Source of the DNA: a virus
Taxonomy: Duplodnaviria > Caudoviricetes
Reading direction: 5' to 3' (one strand)
IMG/VR virus record: IMGVR_UViG_3300031965_000935
Coordinates: 4,792 to 68,791 of that record
DNA length: 64,000 bases
Part shown: positions 61,497 through 64,000 of the stretch, piece after piece
How the letters are laid out: every line of letters begins with the position of its first letter
How positions within the stretch are numbered: position 1 is the first letter of the stretch
Made by a program: the position numbers and the translations under genes
Notes under the pieces: generated by a model
The model's input: the letters and a program-made list of their open reading frames with translations, nothing else
Database searches by the model: none
Told to the model about the DNA's origin: nothing

Positions 61497-62038
61497 TGTT
61501 GTGGCTACCAGGGAAGGTTAATCGTAGAATCCAATTGCCAGTACCCCTCTATTATGAGGCACTGACGGGTACAGGGCGATTTGACATATCCGGGCTTCCC
61601 CAGGGATTTTTCGCCTTGGAGATAATACTGATTGCTCGCTCCAGCGTGGCAGCGGCCGGGGACTCGGTCTATATGTATTTCAATGGAGACACAACGGCGG
61701 CCAACTACCGGACGGGCCGGCAGCTTGCCGGAACCGGGCCGACCAATACGGCCACGGATGCGCCCGATCTGGACACGATCCCGGCGGCTAATTCAACGGC
61801 TAACGACTTCGGGCATCAGCGCATTTATATCCCTGAGTATGCCGGTTCAAAGCGGAAAAGCGCCTCGTACCTCGGCGGCCAGAGACGGGATGCAACCGTG
61901 ATTTATACTACGACTGGCCTCATCAACTGGGAAAATACAGCGGCCATTACTCAGGTTACCATCCAACCAGATGGCTATGCCACTGATACATTTGTGGCTG
62001 GGTCAACGATACAAATCATCGGGAGGTATCATCTGTGA
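61496..62038 (+). CDS. minor tail protein
   Basis: FNGDT..ANY, W.NTAAITQ.TI. Confidence 0.6.
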   Translation: MLWLPGKVNRRIQLPVPLYYEALTGTGRFDISGLPQGFFALEIILIARSSVAAAGDSVYMYFNGDTTAANYRTGRQLAGTGPTNTATDAPDLDTIPAANSTANDFGHQRIYIPEYAGSKRKSASYLGGQRRDATVIYTTTGLINWENTAAITQVTIQPDGYATDTFVAGSTIQIIGRYHL

Positions 62039-62481
62039 CAATTCAAATTCTGAAGATGACTATAGACGCCGCTGGGCCGTCCAACACAACGGTAATTTTT
62101 ACCCTGGTCGGCCTGGCCGCCGACGCAAAATACCGCCAGGCTAATTTTAGCCAACTGGCCGGAGAAGTCATGACCGGCGATGATGTCCAGGCATGGATTG
62201 AAGCCTGGATAGCTGACAACCAGGCGGCAGCTCAGGCGGCCATAGATGCTGGCAGCCTGGCCGCGAGCGAAACCGAGAACCAAGCCCGGACGGTTGACCT
62301 TCGTAAAGAGGCGCGCCAGTTCCTGGTAGACAACCCACAAGCTAAGGCTATTATTGATCTGTCGAGGGCCGACCTTGAGGCGGCTATCCAGAACAGGACG
62401 GCCGCTCAGGAAACACTTTTGCTCAAGACGCTGGCCTTTGCAGTACGCTACCTGTATGAGAGTGTGAGGCTACTTGAATAA
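62035..62481 (+). CDS. hypothetical tail-associated protein
   Basis: Coupled ORF. Confidence 0.55.
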   Translation: MTIQILKMTIDAAGPSNTTVIFTLVGLAADAKYRQANFSQLAGEVMTGDDVQAWIEAWIADNQAAAQAAIDAGSLAASETENQARTVDLRKEARQFLVDNPQAKAIIDLSRADLEAAIQNRTAAQETLLLKTLAFAVRYLYESVRLLE

Positions 62482-63680
62482 TGCAGATAGGCGATAGACA
62501 AAAAACAATTTTTACATTCGAAGATGACGTAATCATTGCATCTCAAATCATCCGTTTGGGTGATGATGACACCTTGTTCGCTCTGACCGATGATAAAATC
62601 AACTTCCAGGCCGGCGGCAAATCATTGCTTGCGCTGACCGAGACAACACAGGACCTGGTGGAAATAGGCGATGTCGGCGGCGGCGGGGATGTCGATATCA
62701 ACTTCAATAATGGCCAGATGTTTTTAGATTATGGTAATGATGTTGTGCTCGTGAATACAATTACTGCTCTGACCGGCGTTTTTGGTTTAGCCAAACTCCA
62801 AATAGACAGAATTGATAATGGCGCGGTATTATTCCATCGTGAATCGGCTGACGAAGGCGGGTCTACCTTAGAATTTCTGAAACGCCGATCTGGTTGGGGT
62901 GTTTTATCAGATAGCGACCGACTTGGTACAATTGCCTTCTCTGGCGCAGACGGTACGGATGCGGCATTAGCCCTGCAAATTTTTGTCGAAGTAGACGGAA
63001 CGCCAGGCAATAATGACATGCCTGGACGATTGATTGTTGCTATTTCTCCTGATGATTTGGCCACACCAACGGAACGTCTCCGCATAATTTCTACCGGAAA
63101 AATTACCCTGACGGGCACAACGGGAATTATAAATCTCAATGCCGATGGGAGCATTGAGGGGGGGACAACTGGTGGCTCATTTATCGTCCAACCCTATTCG
63201 GGCAGCAATAATAATATTCTAGTCAACGCTCTCTCAACTGGCGCGCTGTACTTGAATTATCTTGCTGGAACGGGGGGAATTCTTTTCGGAGATGGAGCAG
63301 TAGGAGTAACGGGGGGTGTCCAATCGAATGGACGCATGGGTCTTGGCTTAACTTCTCCTCAAGCCCGCTTGCATACTTATGATACCATTGGCGGTTCTCT
63401 CCACAACTGGATATATGATGGCCTGGCCGGAGTTTCTCAAGTGATTATCCCTGATGGAACGGGAGATATTTTATATATGGCTTCTGTGCATTATGTGGCG
63501 CGCACATCAGCCGGTAGTGTAGGAGAAGGAAGATTTGGCATTATTCCGACAAATAATAATGATATTGTTTTGGGTGCTGATACGCTTCGATTTAGCGTAT
63601 CAGCTGGGGGAGAGTTGTCATGTGTACGTCAAGCAGGGGCAGGTACAATTAAAGTAAATGTTTCAGTTCTTTGGATATAG
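62481..63680 (+). CDS. tail fibre protein
   Basis: D.LG.I.F.G, PTERLRI.STG, GRMGLG.TSPQARLH. Confidence 0.7.
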   Translation: MQIGDRQKTIFTFEDDVIIASQIIRLGDDDTLFALTDDKINFQAGGKSLLALTETTQDLVEIGDVGGGGDVDINFNNGQMFLDYGNDVVLVNTITALTGVFGLAKLQIDRIDNGAVLFHRESADEGGSTLEFLKRRSGWGVLSDSDRLGTIAFSGADGTDAALALQIFVEVDGTPGNNDMPGRLIVAISPDDLATPTERLRIISTGKITLTGTTGIINLNADGSIEGGTTGGSFIVQPYSGSNNNILVNALSTGALYLNYLAGTGGILFGDGAVGVTGGVQSNGRMGLGLTSPQARLHTYDTIGGSLHNWIYDGLAGVSQVIIPDGTGDILYMASVHYVARTSAGSVGEGRFGIIPTNNNDIVLGADTLRFSVSAGGELSCVRQAGAGTIKVNVSVLWI

Positions 63681-63694
63681 GAGAAAAAAATCAA

Positions 63695-63927
63695 ATGGCA
63701 GATAAGATGACTTTTATAAATCAAGCACAATCCATAGCTACCAAGTTGGCTATGGCGGCGGGGCTAATCCGATTGTGGATTTAGATGTAATCGGACTTGG
63801 CATTACGGCGGCCACCTTGGGCGCGTTCATCACACTCAACCAACAGCTTAGGAATTTCGTGGATAATGCAGCCGTGGCGACCGGGGATTATGACAGCACG
63901 CTTAATAAAATGAGGACGGATGTATAA
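63695..63927 (+). pseudogene. frameshifted small gene downstream of the fibre
   Basis: MADKMTFINQAQSIATK switches frame to GYGGGANPIVDLDV...YDSTLNKMRTDV*; the second frame has no start of its own. Confidence 0.45.
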
Positions 63928-64000
63928 TGGAAGCTACAGTCAATGACTTACTACTCATCATCGGTCGCCAGCAGGTAGAATTAGAGATGCTTAGGCGGCA
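63927..64000 (+). CDS. hypothetical protein (partial)
   Basis: MEATVNDLLLIIGRQQVELEMLR; runs off the window. Confidence 0.45.
   Translation, partial: MEATVNDLLLIIGRQQVELEMLRR

Noticed and set aside
55112-63680. Diversity-generating retroelement acting on tail fibres
   Set aside because: No reverse transcriptase motif and no TR/VR pair differing at adenines seen by eye; a self-dotplot would be decisive.
1-64000. Alternative genetic code or stop-codon recoding
   Set aside because: Long genes are intact under the standard code; the few breaks are frame changes, not in-frame stops.

Overview
The whole window is tailed-phage (or prophage) DNA of siphovirus type: long tape measure, no sheath, and no host housekeeping genes, integrase or endolysin. 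Left to right it contains leftward early genes (including a MYG1/DHH-like gene cut by the window edge), a tandem-HTH regulator, a replication module (VRR-NUC, primase, DUF559, initiator with internal palindromic repeats, DnaB-like helicase), C5 and N6 methylases, an RpoD-like sigma factor, a Mom-like enzyme, terminase, holin-like and receiver-domain genes, a portal-MuF fusion, protease/scaffold, capsid, putative head cargo genes, neck, tail, tape measure and tail fibres. Four leftward cassettes interrupt the late region. Each has its own near-consensus promoter back to back with a rightward ATGC-TATAAT-type promoter. A Chloroflexota-like host is an inference only. The strongest leads are: (1) a 76-nt RNA resembling an isolated tmRNA tRNA-like domain with a G3-U70 pair; (2) eight glycosyltransferases plus a ColD/RfbH-like dehydratase and an RmlD-like reductase, suggesting virion or surface glycosylation; (3) putative head cargo (JAB-domain protein, 2H phosphoesterase) with shared peptide tags; (4) late promoters followed by a conserved GGCTGC hairpin, pointing to antitermination; (5) an antisense RNA over a leader-peptide RBS ahead of the replication operon; (6) REP-like palindromes sitting in frame inside many genes. 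All family calls come from motif recognition by eye; no database search was run.
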